Shown: in pieces, positions 46,403-55,701 of the stretch | How the letters are laid out: each line of letters begins with the position of its first letter | How positions within the stretch are numbered: position 1 is the stretch's first letter | Source: Candidatus Albibeggiatoa sp. nov. BB20 | Lineage (GTDB): Bacteria; Pseudomonadota; Gammaproteobacteria; Beggiatoales; Beggiatoaceae | Reading direction: 5' to 3' | Assembly (NCBI RefSeq): GCF_016744725.1 | Contig: NZ_JADGDW010000002.1 | Coordinates: 5,614 to 69,613, forward strand | DNA: 64,000 nt | Notes under the pieces: generated by a model | What the model was told of the DNA's origin: nothing | Database searches by the model: none | What the model saw: only the letters and a program-made list of their open reading frames with translations | Program-made: the position numbers and the translations under genes

Positions 46403-47965
46403 TTAATGGCGGAAATGACGCATTCCAGTAAATACCATCGCCATACCATGCTCATTAGCAGCCGCGATCACCTCTTTATCTCGCATTGAACCACCGGGTT
46501 GAATCACCGCTTCAATACCCACTTCTGCCGCAGAATCAATACCATCACGGAATGGGAAAAACGCATCAGATGCCATCACAGCCCCTTTTACAGTTAAATT
46601 TTCATCGCCCGCTTTAATCGCTGCAATCCGTGCACTATAAACACGACTCATTTGACCTGCACCGACACCAATAGTCATACCCTCTTTGACATAGACAATC
46701 GCATTTGATTTAACAAACTTGCCTACTTTCCACGCAAACAATAAATCTTTCAATTCTTGCTCAGTCGGTTGACGCTCTGTAACCACTTTCAAATCATCTA
46801 AACCCACCATGCCCATGTCACGCTCTTGAACTAATAAGCCGCCTGAAACCCGTTTAAAGTCAAAACTCTGCGCTGGACTTGTATCCCATTCGCCACAAGT
46901 CATCACACGTACATTCTTTTTCTTTTCTAAAATAGGCAATGCCGCCTCATCAATACTCGGTGCAATAATCACCTCGACAAATTGACGCTCAACAATTGCG
47001 GTTGCTGTTTCTGCATCCAACGGGCGATTAAACGCGATAATGCCACCAAATGCTGAAGTCGGATCAGTTTTGAATGCCTTATCATACGCAGTCATAATAT
47101 TATCCGCTTCCGCCACACCGCATGGATTGGCATGTTTTACAATCACACAAGCAGGTTTGGCATTGAATGATTTCACACATTCTAACGCGGCATCAGCATC
47201 TGTTACATTATTGTAAGATAAGGCTTTACCTTGTAATTGAGTGGCCGTAGATAAGCTGGCGGGAGCTGGATTTAATTCAGCATAAAAAGCGGCTTTTTGA
47301 TGAGGATTTTCACCGTAACGCATAGTTTGGCGTTTTTCAAACTGCATTGATAAATCAGGTGGGAATTGTGCATCATCACTTTCCAAACCACCCAAATAAT
47401 TGGCAATTGCGCCATCATAACGGGCTGTGTGTGCATAGACTTTTCGTGCTAACAAACGACGGCTTGCTTCAGTCACACTACCTTGATTTGCCTGCATTTC
47501 ACCTAAGACAATGGCATAATCACTGCTATCAACCACTACCGTCACTGCGGCATGATTCTTCGCTGCTGAACGCAACATTGCAGGCCCACCAATATCAATA
47601 TTTTCGATAGCGGTCGCTAAATCACAATCAGGCTTAGCAATAGTTTGTCCAAAGGGATATAAATTCACCACCACTAAATCGATTGGATCAATCCCATGTT
47701 CAGCCATGACCGCTTCATCTGTACCACGTCGTCCCAATAAACCGCCATGAATTTTAGGATGCAAGGTTTTCACACGACCCGCCATCATTTCTGGGAAACC
47801 TGTATAATCAGATACTTCCGTGACAGCGACACCGCTATCAGCTAATAACTTAGCCGTGCCACCTGTGGATAAAATTTCAATATTTTGCTTCGCTAAAGCT
47901 TGGGCAAATTCCACAATACCTGTCTTGTCTGACACGCTAATCAAAGCGCGTTGAATGGCTGACAT
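46403..47965 (-). CDS. purH: Bifunctional AICAR transformylase / IMP cyclohydrolase
   Basis: 520 aa with [16 protein letters not shown], the MGS-like N-domain and AICARFT C-domain; full-length PurH similarity. Confidence 0.95.
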   Translation of the reverse strand: MSAIQRALISVSDKTGIVEFAQALAKQNIEILSTGGTAKLLADSGVAVTEVSDYTGFPEMMAGRVKTLHPKIHGGLLGRRGTDEAVMAEHGIDPIDLVVVNLYPFGQTIAKPDCDLATAIENIDIGGPAMLRSAAKNHAAVTVVVDSSDYAIVLGEMQANQGSVTEASRRLLARKVYAHTARYDGAIANYLGGLESDDAQFPPDLSMQFEKRQTMRYGENPHQKAAFYAELNPAPASLSTATQLQGKALSYNNVTDADAALECVKSFNAKPACVIVKHANPCGVAEADNIMTAYDKAFKTDPTSAFGGIIAFNRPLDAETATAIVERQFVEVIIAPSIDEAALPILEKKKNVRVMTCGEWDTSPAQSFDFKRVSGGLLVQERDMGMVGLDDLKVVTERQPTEQELKDLLFAWKVGKFVKSNAIVYVKEGMTIGVGAGQMSRVYSARIAAIKAGDENLTVKGAVMASDAFFPFRDGIDSAAEVGIEAVIQPGGSMRDKEVIAAANEHGMAMVFTGMRHFRH

Positions 47966-48966
47966 TGGTTGTCTCCCTCGTCAATTCTATTGTTATCGGT
48001 TTTTAAACAAACATTTTAACGAGACAGTTACTAATTAACAACTCAGCTTTTTCAAACTATTTTAATTTGGTAATGCTTGGGCTTGAATAAATCAGGATAC
48101 TATTAAAGATAATGCTATCTATTTAATTATATTTAATAATCAAAGATAAGAATCAATTTTTTGAATTCCCTATTTCTAAATTTAGCATTAAGGTATTAAC
48201 TTATAAACTTGAGCCATTTTTTCTTGCTAACCTGACTTCAAATAGACATGTTCTAAGAATTAAACGGTGCTCTCAATACTGCTTTCATCATGCTAAAAGA
48301 AAAATAAATATGGAATGCGATACTTTTTCATTTGACTTGAAACAGAGTATCTACATGAATCACTCCGTTTATACGTTATGCACCAATTGCAGGCCTTCAG
48401 AACCACTTTTAGCTGTGACTTAATACTTCTCCAATTCAGGAATAGTTTCTTGACAGTTGGCCTAGTGAACAATGGTTATGGTGGTTAATGGAGCACAAAA
48501 TAACCCCTGATTTAAGGATTAAGAAAGACACCCTGATTGAAAAGGATAATGAATCCAAGTCAATTAGAAAAATATTGCAAGGTTATCCAGAAAATAAAAT
48601 GCGAAGTTTAAAGAATGTCACTGCATGGGGGTATGTTGTTAATATTGAAGCTAAAAAGCCTAGAAACAATAACTATATTATTGTGTTGTCTGCAAACAAT
48701 ACCAATATCATATAAAGCCTATAAATGATGCTGGAATATTGAAACTTTCAGCTAATTTGAAGTCTTGAGGCTTTAACTTGGAATCCACCAATTGTTGTCA
48801 AGTACAGAAGTCTGAACCATTGATTTAGAATATAGCAAAACTTACAATACGATTAAAAATGAATTGAACACCGTTTTTTCGATGGCAGATTTTTTGACCA
48901 ATCCTTATAGTCATAATCGCTTGACTGCCTTAATCACAGAACAGACAGTCTTGAATAAATTAGGCC

Positions 48967-50358
48967 TTACTTTGATTTTTTAACATGTTTGACCAATCTA
49001 CGGCGTTTTTGTTCTTGGCGTGGTGTGAGCTCATTGCGTTTGCCTGCAAAAGGATTTTCCCCCTGACGCATTTCCAGCCTAATCGGGGTGCCTGCAAAAT
49101 CAAATTTTTGCCGTAAGCAATTCATAATATAACGTTTATAAGCAGGTGGTAACGATTCCACTTGATTACCATGAATCACAAATTTGGGCGGGTTACTGCC
49201 ACCTTGATGCATAAAGCGTAATTTAATCCGACGACCTCGAACTGATGGTGGTTGATGAGCTTCAACCGCATCTTGCAAGATAACATTTAAACGGGAAGTG
49301 CTGACTTCTAAAAATGCGGCTTGGTAGGCTTGTTTAATAGTTTTATACAAATTGCCGACACCCGTACCATGCAAAGCAGAAATAAAATGAATCTTTGCAA
49401 AATCAACAAAATGCAATTTTCGGCCTAAAGTTACTTTAACCCACTCACGCTCATCTTTTTCCAATCCATCCCACTTATTCACTGCAATCACCAGTGAACG
49501 CCCCATATCTAACACATGACCCAGTAAACTGGCATCTTGCTCAGTAGGCCCTTCATGCGCGTCTAAAACCAAAACGACAACATTAGCTTGTTCAATGGCT
49601 TTTAATGTTTTAAGCACACTGAATTTTTCAATGGTTTCTGACATTTTTGATTTACGCCGAACACCAGCAGTATCAATTAAAGTGTAATCTTGTCCATCGC
49701 GTTCAAAGGGAATAAAAATACTGTCGCGTGTTGTTCCCGGTTGATCGTAAGCAATCACTCGTTCTTCGCCTAAAATCCGGTTCACTAAAGTTGATTTTCC
49801 AACATTGGGGCGGCCAACAATCGCCACTTTAATACTATCATCTTGTTCAAGTTCTTCAGCTTCAGGCCAATTCAACTTTGTAAACACGTGATCCATCAAG
49901 TCATCAATGCCATGTTTATGCGTAGAAGAAATAGGGTAAGTTTTGCCCCAACCTAAAGCATAAAATTCTGCCATCGCAATGCTGCTTTGCAAGCCATCGG
50001 TCTTATTGACCACTAGAAAAGTGGGTTTATTAATCACTCGGAGCTGTTGCGCAATCATTTCATCGGCGGCGGTAAGACCATTTCGACCATCTACGAGAAA
50101 TAAAATACTATCTGCCTCATCAACGGCTTGCATCACTTGACTGCTGATATGTTCAGCCATGTGATCGGCATCATCAGTCAAGCCTCCTGTATCAATAACC
50201 CAATAATCTCTATCGCCAACCCGCCCACGCCCAAATTGGCGATCTCGTGTTAAACCAGATTGATTTGCAACCAGCGCATCCCGAGTACGAGTTAAGACAT
50301 TAAATAAAGTCGATTTTCCAACATTTGGACGGCCAACAATGGCAATTGTGGGTAGCAT
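48967..50358 (-). CDS. der: Ribosome-biogenesis GTPase Der (EngA)
   Basis: Two tandem G domains ([12 protein letters not shown] and [12 protein letters not shown]; DTGG/DTAG; NKTD/NKWD) plus a KH-like C-domain and basic tail. Confidence 0.95.
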   Translation of the reverse strand: MLPTIAIVGRPNVGKSTLFNVLTRTRDALVANQSGLTRDRQFGRGRVGDRDYWVIDTGGLTDDADHMAEHISSQVMQAVDEADSILFLVDGRNGLTAADEMIAQQLRVINKPTFLVVNKTDGLQSSIAMAEFYALGWGKTYPISSTHKHGIDDLMDHVFTKLNWPEAEELEQDDSIKVAIVGRPNVGKSTLVNRILGEERVIAYDQPGTTRDSIFIPFERDGQDYTLIDTAGVRRKSKMSETIEKFSVLKTLKAIEQANVVVLVLDAHEGPTEQDASLLGHVLDMGRSLVIAVNKWDGLEKDEREWVKVTLGRKLHFVDFAKIHFISALHGTGVGNLYKTIKQAYQAAFLEVSTSRLNVILQDAVEAHQPPSVRGRRIKLRFMHQGGSNPPKFVIHGNQVESLPPAYKRYIMNCLRQKFDFAGTPIRLEMRQGENPFAGKRNELTPRQEQKRRRLVKHVKKSK

Positions 50359-50654
50359 AGTATGGTTGCAAGATTGTTATGAATAGAGCTGGAAAAGTTT
50401 AGCGGTAACAAAGCATAAAATCAACTTTTTGCTGTTATTTTAAATAGATAATTAGAGTTGCATCTATTATTGATTCATAAAAATACACATTACTTTCTAG
50501 CTATATCTCAAATATCGAATCATAAGCACTCATTAACCCATGATAATATTTAACTATAGAAAAATTGTAACTACCTAATTCAATTATTCTAATAGAAAAA
50601 AACAAGCAAAAATAATAGACTAGAAAGGTGTTAACCAAGAAATAAACGGACTAA

Positions 50655-50695
50655 AAGAACAAATAGAAAAGCGGCTACAGAAGCAGAACCGCTTT
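50655..50695 (-). terminator. Putative intrinsic terminator downstream of the PEGA-repeat gene
   Basis: On the minus strand, aaagcgg-(14 nt)-ccgcttt forms a 7-bp stem followed by tctatttgttctttt, about 40 nt after the stop at 50737. Confidence 0.4.
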
Positions 50696-50736
50696 CAAAA
50701 TCATCTGCTCCCTTTGATAGGCTATGCATCGCTATC

Positions 50737-51936
50737 TTAATTACAACCAGTGGGCTGTAAAACTTGTCGATTACCATTAATGGCTTCAATCAGTTTGCCA
50801 TCTTGCAATGACATGTGTGTTTTCAGTTCTTCTTGTGTATCACTGCCATATTTTAGCAATCCGATTAATTCCAAATCATCACCACGTCGAATCCCTTTGA
50901 ACTCATAATGACTGGTTACGCCTGATGGCATGGTTTGGATATAATAGTGAACTTCAACAAAGTTTTGATAAAAACTAAGCCTAACACTATAAAAATAATA
51001 AAGTTTTTCTCCATTAGATGCTGTTTTATGAGATTGTCCATAAAAACACATTGGAGGTTGTGATAATTCAATGGTCTTTTTGAGGTTTTGATTGGTTATT
51101 TCTACCAATTCTCGGCGTGTAATATAACCTTGTTTTTCCACTCGAATCACATATTTCCCCGCTGCTAATACCATATTAGGGCTATAAAGTTGATTAGTAG
51201 TCAAAATTTTAACCACTGCATCAGCAGGTTTGACTTCTAAATCTAAAATAAATTGATTCTTTAGTGTAGGTACAGCAAGTGGTTTAGCTCTAGTTTGAGG
51301 TGAAAATGAGGACGCTGAAGCTATCACAGGCGGTAGGATCACTTTGAGTTCTATGTCATCGTTAGTGATGTTCACATCATGTTCTTGGCTTATATAGCCG
51401 CTGTGGCTCACTAATAATTTATATTTACCGGGGGCTAATAACATATCTTGTTCAAACATATATTTGCTATTTAGAAACTTGATTTTTGCATTACTTGGAA
51501 TGGTCTCAATGCTCAAACTATATTCATCTGGTAACAGTTCATCATTTGGATGTAAACTAATTTGAATATCAGCAGTGGGATTGGCACTTGATGGATCGGC
51601 CTGATTTATTGGGGGAGTGTCCGTGTCATCGCTAATATTGGCACTAGTAGGTTTAGGCTGGTCTAAAGGGACTAAATCAACTTGTTCAAAAATATCAGCA
51701 TTTTTTAAATTTATCCACTTGCGTAAAGTATGATAACCTTTTGCTTTTACCCGCAAATCATAGACACCTGTTTTCAGTTCAATACCTTGACGAAATTTCG
51801 GTTTAATATTCCATATAAAAATTTTAGCATGAGCTTCTTCTGGAAATACATCAATGTATAAACGATGTGTTTCTGGATTAGCATGTACTGTATTCAATGT
51901 GGTCAGTAGTAGCATATAAGCAAATAACTTATACAT
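50737..51936 (-). CDS. Secreted protein with three PEGA-like repeats and an uncharacterised C-terminal domain
   Basis: Signal peptide MYKLFAYMLLLTTLNTVHA. Three repeats follow the pattern (I/V)...P..A.(I/V).......(G)(V/K)Y.(L/I)(R/L)V...GY......(V/I). The last ~110 aa (CFYGQSH...LQPTGCN) have no motif I recognise. Confidence 0.6.
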   Translation of the reverse strand: MYKLFAYMLLLTTLNTVHANPETHRLYIDVFPEEAHAKIFIWNIKPKFRQGIELKTGVYDLRVKAKGYHTLRKWINLKNADIFEQVDLVPLDQPKPTSANISDDTDTPPINQADPSSANPTADIQISLHPNDELLPDEYSLSIETIPSNAKIKFLNSKYMFEQDMLLAPGKYKLLVSHSGYISQEHDVNITNDDIELKVILPPVIASASSFSPQTRAKPLAVPTLKNQFILDLEVKPADAVVKILTTNQLYSPNMVLAAGKYVIRVEKQGYITRRELVEITNQNLKKTIELSQPPMCFYGQSHKTASNGEKLYYFYSVRLSFYQNFVEVHYYIQTMPSGVTSHYEFKGIRRGDDLELIGLLKYGSDTQEELKTHMSLQDGKLIEAINGNRQVLQPTGCN

Positions 51937-51949
51937 TCTATACCTCCAT

Positions 51950-52531
51950 TTAGTCCCTAAAGCTTTGTTTTAAAATAGCTAAACGTCGGGTTGGGTCTGG
52001 CAATTCCAATAATTCTTGACGTTGTGCTAATGAGATGGGCAACAGTTCGGCCAAACGATAACTAACCCAATGTGCATTGGCATAGTCTAACGATATCTGC
52101 GGATAAATATTACCTAATTGTTGAATAATTTGCTCTAATAAATCGCCGAAAAACTGATATTCTGCTGTTAGCGTTGCTGAAGCCTCAGAAGGGAATAATT
52201 GCACTTTAGCTTCAATAAGTTGATTTTTCTTGGATTCTTGACTCAAAATTTTAAATTTTTGCTGCCCAACCACTTTGATAATCAATAAGTCATTTTCTTC
52301 TTTATCCCAATCAATAATTTTAGCGATTGTGCCAATATTATGTGTTAATGCAGCCTCTCCAACCTCATTGCCATCATAAATAAGGCTAATACCAAAAGGT
52401 GTATTCTGTTTTAAACACTGACTTACCATTTCTAAGTAACGCGGTTCAAAGATGCGTAATGGCAATAAGCCATCAGGAAAAAGTACGCTGTGTAATGGGA
52501 ATAGTGGAATTGTGATGATGTCATTCTGCAT
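51950..52531 (-). CDS. LON-protease N-terminal (substrate-binding) domain protein
   Basis: IPLFPLHSVLFPDGLLPLRIFEPRYLEMV is the LON N-domain signature. The start is placed at ATG 52531 (MQNDIITIPLFPL), which overlaps the ubiX stop by 11 nt. Confidence 0.8.
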   Translation of the reverse strand: MQNDIITIPLFPLHSVLFPDGLLPLRIFEPRYLEMVSQCLKQNTPFGISLIYDGNEVGEAALTHNIGTIAKIIDWDKEENDLLIIKVVGQQKFKILSQESKKNQLIEAKVQLFPSEASATLTAEYQFFGDLLEQIIQQLGNIYPQISLDYANAHWVSYRLAELLPISLAQRQELLELPDPTRRLAILKQSFRD

Positions 52532-53132
52532 GTTCACCCCAACGTGGTAGAAGCTGGTGTTCGATAGTGAGATGGTCAAGAATACGTGCCACCACAGTAT
52601 CAGTGACATCTTGAATTGTTTTCGGCTGATTATAAAATGCGGGACTCGCAGGTAAAATAACCGCGCCTGCCTGAGATAATGTTAGCATATTTTGCAAATG
52701 AATTGGCGACAGCGGGGTTTCACGATGTACCAAAATTAATTGTTTACGCTCTTTTAAACTGACATCGGCCGCCCGCTCAATTAGGTTACGGCTTAAGCCA
52801 TTAGCAATAGAGGCCAAAGAACCACTAGTACAAGGACATATCACCATCGCTCGACTAACGGAGCTTCCACTGGCAATAGGGGCTGTCCATTGCTCTAAAT
52901 CATAAACATGTAGCCGCTCTGTTTGCGTTGCATATTGCTCTACTAATTGTGCTTTTAAATCTTTGGCTCGACTTGGTAAACTTAAACCCAGCTCCATTTT
53001 AATCACAAGTCTTGCAGGCTTGGACAATAGGAAATGCACCGTTTTTCCTGCTAAAAGCAGTTGCTCTAAAAGGCGGATGCCATAAATTGCACCAGATGCG
53101 CCCGTCATGGCAAGTGTTATGTTGTCAGACAT
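52521..53132 (-). CDS. ubiX: Flavin prenyltransferase UbiX
   Basis: 203 aa with ITLAMTGASGAIYGIRLL and MVICPCTSGSLASIANG motifs. Confidence 0.9.
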   Translation of the reverse strand: MSDNITLAMTGASGAIYGIRLLEQLLLAGKTVHFLLSKPARLVIKMELGLSLPSRAKDLKAQLVEQYATQTERLHVYDLEQWTAPIASGSSVSRAMVICPCTSGSLASIANGLSRNLIERAADVSLKERKQLILVHRETPLSPIHLQNMLTLSQAGAVILPASPAFYNQPKTIQDVTDTVVARILDHLTIEHQLLPRWGEHAE

Positions 53133-53291
53133 TTTTAATTAATAATTTAACAGTGGACAATAAACAAACAGTATACCAGCCTTTGAGCCAATAGAGTTGC
53201 CGCTATTTGGCTGTAGGACAGGCAGAATCAGGTGAAACCCAGCAAATAAAATAGTCAGGAAATAGCAAAAATAGACAGCATATCTGCAAAC

Positions 53292-53407
53292 TATAGTCGT
53301 TTTACTTTAAAGTGATACAGGACTGGCAGTCCAAGACTTTAAAACTGATTGATATTTAAACAACAACAGGATTGCCAGTCCTAACAGCCAAAACGAAATT
53401 GACTATA
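53292..53407 (-). mobile_element. MITE-like intergenic repeat, full-length copy (inverse orientation)
   Basis: tatagtcgttttactttaaagtgatacaggactggcagtcc...gatatttaaa...aggattgccagtcctaacagccaaaacgaaattgactata is the reverse complement of the layout seen at 32064-32179. Confidence 0.85.
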
Positions 53408-53573
53408 AATCCACCCATTAATGACTACGCATCGTATTCCATTAAATCTTTAAAACGATCTAAAATCATTGTAAAATATTTTTTTGACATTTTTGCGTAA
53501 CACAAGCTGTTTATTCCTCTTAATATTTTGTACCGAGGATCAAGGCTGTGAAACTGTAAGCAAAGTTTATCAA

Positions 53574-55121
53574 TTACATATTTCGGCCATAACCGCGCAA
53601 TAAATTAATCAATGGGTCAGGAAATTGATTCGTTTCCATGTCGTGGATTGTAGTATCAACATTATATGAAAGGCGATGAAAATGAATTTTTTTATCTTGT
53701 TGGTCATAAATCGCAAATTGCGCCCCTAATTGTCCATTTCGAGGTTGACCTATAGAACCGGGACAAATTAACGCATGGTTTACTTTAGATAAATCAAGGA
53801 CTTCATCAGTTAAATGTTTATCAATTCGACCTTTGCGCACGTAGCCACCGGGTTGATGGGTATGACCATGAAAACAAATGGGAATCTCTTTGCGTTCTAA
53901 AGCATTTAAATTATCTTGATAGGTCATTTCATACACATAGGCATTGAAAAATGTAGGATCAATCGGAGAACCATGCAAAAGCAACCAATTTTCATTATGT
54001 AAAATAGGCGGGAGTTCTTCTAACCATGTTTTGTGTTCTTGACTCACTCGCTGATATGTCCAATCTAAAACCCATTTTGCAGTACTAGAAAAACCTTTTT
54101 TAAACAGACCTGTAGCCAGCCCATGATCGTGATTACCTTTAATAAGTTCAAACCCTGTTTCTTGTAAACGTTCAATACATTCAGTAGGATGAGGGCCGTA
54201 ACCAACAATATCGCCAGCAACAATACCATGATTAATATTTTCAGTTTTAAGAAATGAGAGCACCGCATCTAATGCAGGCAAATTGGCATGAACATCGGCT
54301 AGAACAGCCACATAACGGGTATTCTGATAGTTGATTTTTTCAACATTTTTTTGCTTAGCAGGGGTTTGTTGTAGTGAATCAATAAAGGTTTGGATTGCCT
54401 GTCTTTGTATTTCAGAGGGGAAATAGACATTTTTAATTAATTCAGATAGAACGATAAAATATTGTTTATCTTGATATTGTTTGTAAATTTCATCACGCAC
54501 AATCAGCCCAAATTGACTTGCAGTATCTTTGCTATTCAGCCATTCAGATGATCGAAAATAAACCCCGACCATGTGTGCGCAAGAATTAAATCTATCCCAC
54601 ATATACACATCATCATCTAAATAATAAACCTCGCCTGCGGCATCTAAACCAAAATTAGAAAGCCCTTCATCAATACGTAAATCAAAGGTTTTTGCCATAT
54701 AAAAATAATAATGAAAGATTTTCTGCAATACTTTTAGACGGGAATCTATGCTGGTATTTTCATCGCTAAACAATTGATGCACGGGTTGTAAGCGTGGGCA
54801 AATATTACCGACTAAGGCGGTTTCTTTTCCTTGTTCATGGGCGACAAACCAAGTTTTGTTAGGATGATGGACTTGATATTTACGTTCTTTTTCTAGTGCT
54901 TGCTGAACCCAACGATTGGCAGAAAAAGCCGATAAATTGATTTCGTTATGAATTTTAACCACATGTTGTGTGGAGATATGCACTTGGGTGGAAGGCCGAC
55001 CTGTAAATGTTTTACCATGTACTAGCTTAGTTTGTTCTTGTTCTAGCAATTGGTTCACATCATGGCTGGCATAAATGCTTTTTTCCCCAATTGCGCCTAC
55101 AAGGGTAATTTCATAAGACAT
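53574..55121 (-). CDS. Fusion protein: protein-kinase-like N-domain (tentative) + calcineurin-like metallophosphoesterase C-domain
   Basis: The C-half has all five metallophosphoesterase motifs (LADVHAN, GDIVGYGP, KGNHD, LLHGSP, GHTHQPG). The N-half (~270 aa) has VVKIH, IDEGLSNFG (D-x4-N) and YYLDDD, spaced like kinase beta3-Lys, catalytic loop and DFG-equivalent. That reading is inference. Confidence 0.7.
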   Translation of the reverse strand: MSYEITLVGAIGEKSIYASHDVNQLLEQEQTKLVHGKTFTGRPSTQVHISTQHVVKIHNEINLSAFSANRWVQQALEKERKYQVHHPNKTWFVAHEQGKETALVGNICPRLQPVHQLFSDENTSIDSRLKVLQKIFHYYFYMAKTFDLRIDEGLSNFGLDAAGEVYYLDDDVYMWDRFNSCAHMVGVYFRSSEWLNSKDTASQFGLIVRDEIYKQYQDKQYFIVLSELIKNVYFPSEIQRQAIQTFIDSLQQTPAKQKNVEKINYQNTRYVAVLADVHANLPALDAVLSFLKTENINHGIVAGDIVGYGPHPTECIERLQETGFELIKGNHDHGLATGLFKKGFSSTAKWVLDWTYQRVSQEHKTWLEELPPILHNENWLLLHGSPIDPTFFNAYVYEMTYQDNLNALERKEIPICFHGHTHQPGGYVRKGRIDKHLTDEVLDLSKVNHALICPGSIGQPRNGQLGAQFAIYDQQDKKIHFHRLSYNVDTTIHDMETNQFPDPLINLLRGYGRNM

Positions 55122-55553
55122 GCTTATCTCACTTTTTAGTCTTTAAAAATACAGCTAGCTTATCCATCATTGTCAATGTTTGTCACAAATCTCTGATGAG
55201 TAACAGCCAATACGCAAGACAGATACATTCAAATCACATTGTTTTTATTCATGATGGCATGGAATATTTACATTTCTGATATTCAGTATATGCCTTGCTT
55301 GTTTGCTTAATCGGTGGCGTTTGCCTTTTGTATTATAAGACATCTTTAATATTTGTGAGATAAATCTATTGTGTGGCATCAAGCTAGAAGTTTAGCTCTG
55401 AATTTAATCTATTCTGTATAAGATGTTATAAGCCTTCAAAATCCTCCTTAATTTACACCAATAAGCTAGAGCAATGATTAAAATAGAATTTACTATATCA
55501 ATTCATCTTGGCGAATATATTGATTTTTTGCTGAGATAGAGGCGTATACTTTC

Positions 55554-55620
55554 TATAGTCATTTTATTCTAAAGTGATACAGGACTGCCAGTCCTAACAC
55601 ATAAACCGAAATTGACTATA
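55554..55620 (-). mobile_element. MITE-like repeat, internally deleted 67-bp copy (single hybrid box)
   Basis: tatagtcattttattctaaagtgatacaggactgccagtcctaacacataaaccgaaattgactata has both termini of the 53292 copy, but a single box and no spacer. Confidence 0.8.
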
Positions 55621-55701
55621 CATCTTGCTTAAACTTATTTCGACTACATTTTTAGCATAAATAAGTTCACTCAAATCTCACCGATCCAAACAGGGGGAAG
55701 T

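Noticed and set aside
48488-48715. A 75-aa ORF in the purH-der gap, and a 66-aa ORF at 60854-61054.
   Set aside because: There is no recognisable motif and no convincing RBS. The composition is typical of random ORFs in AT-rich DNA, so they are not reported as genes.
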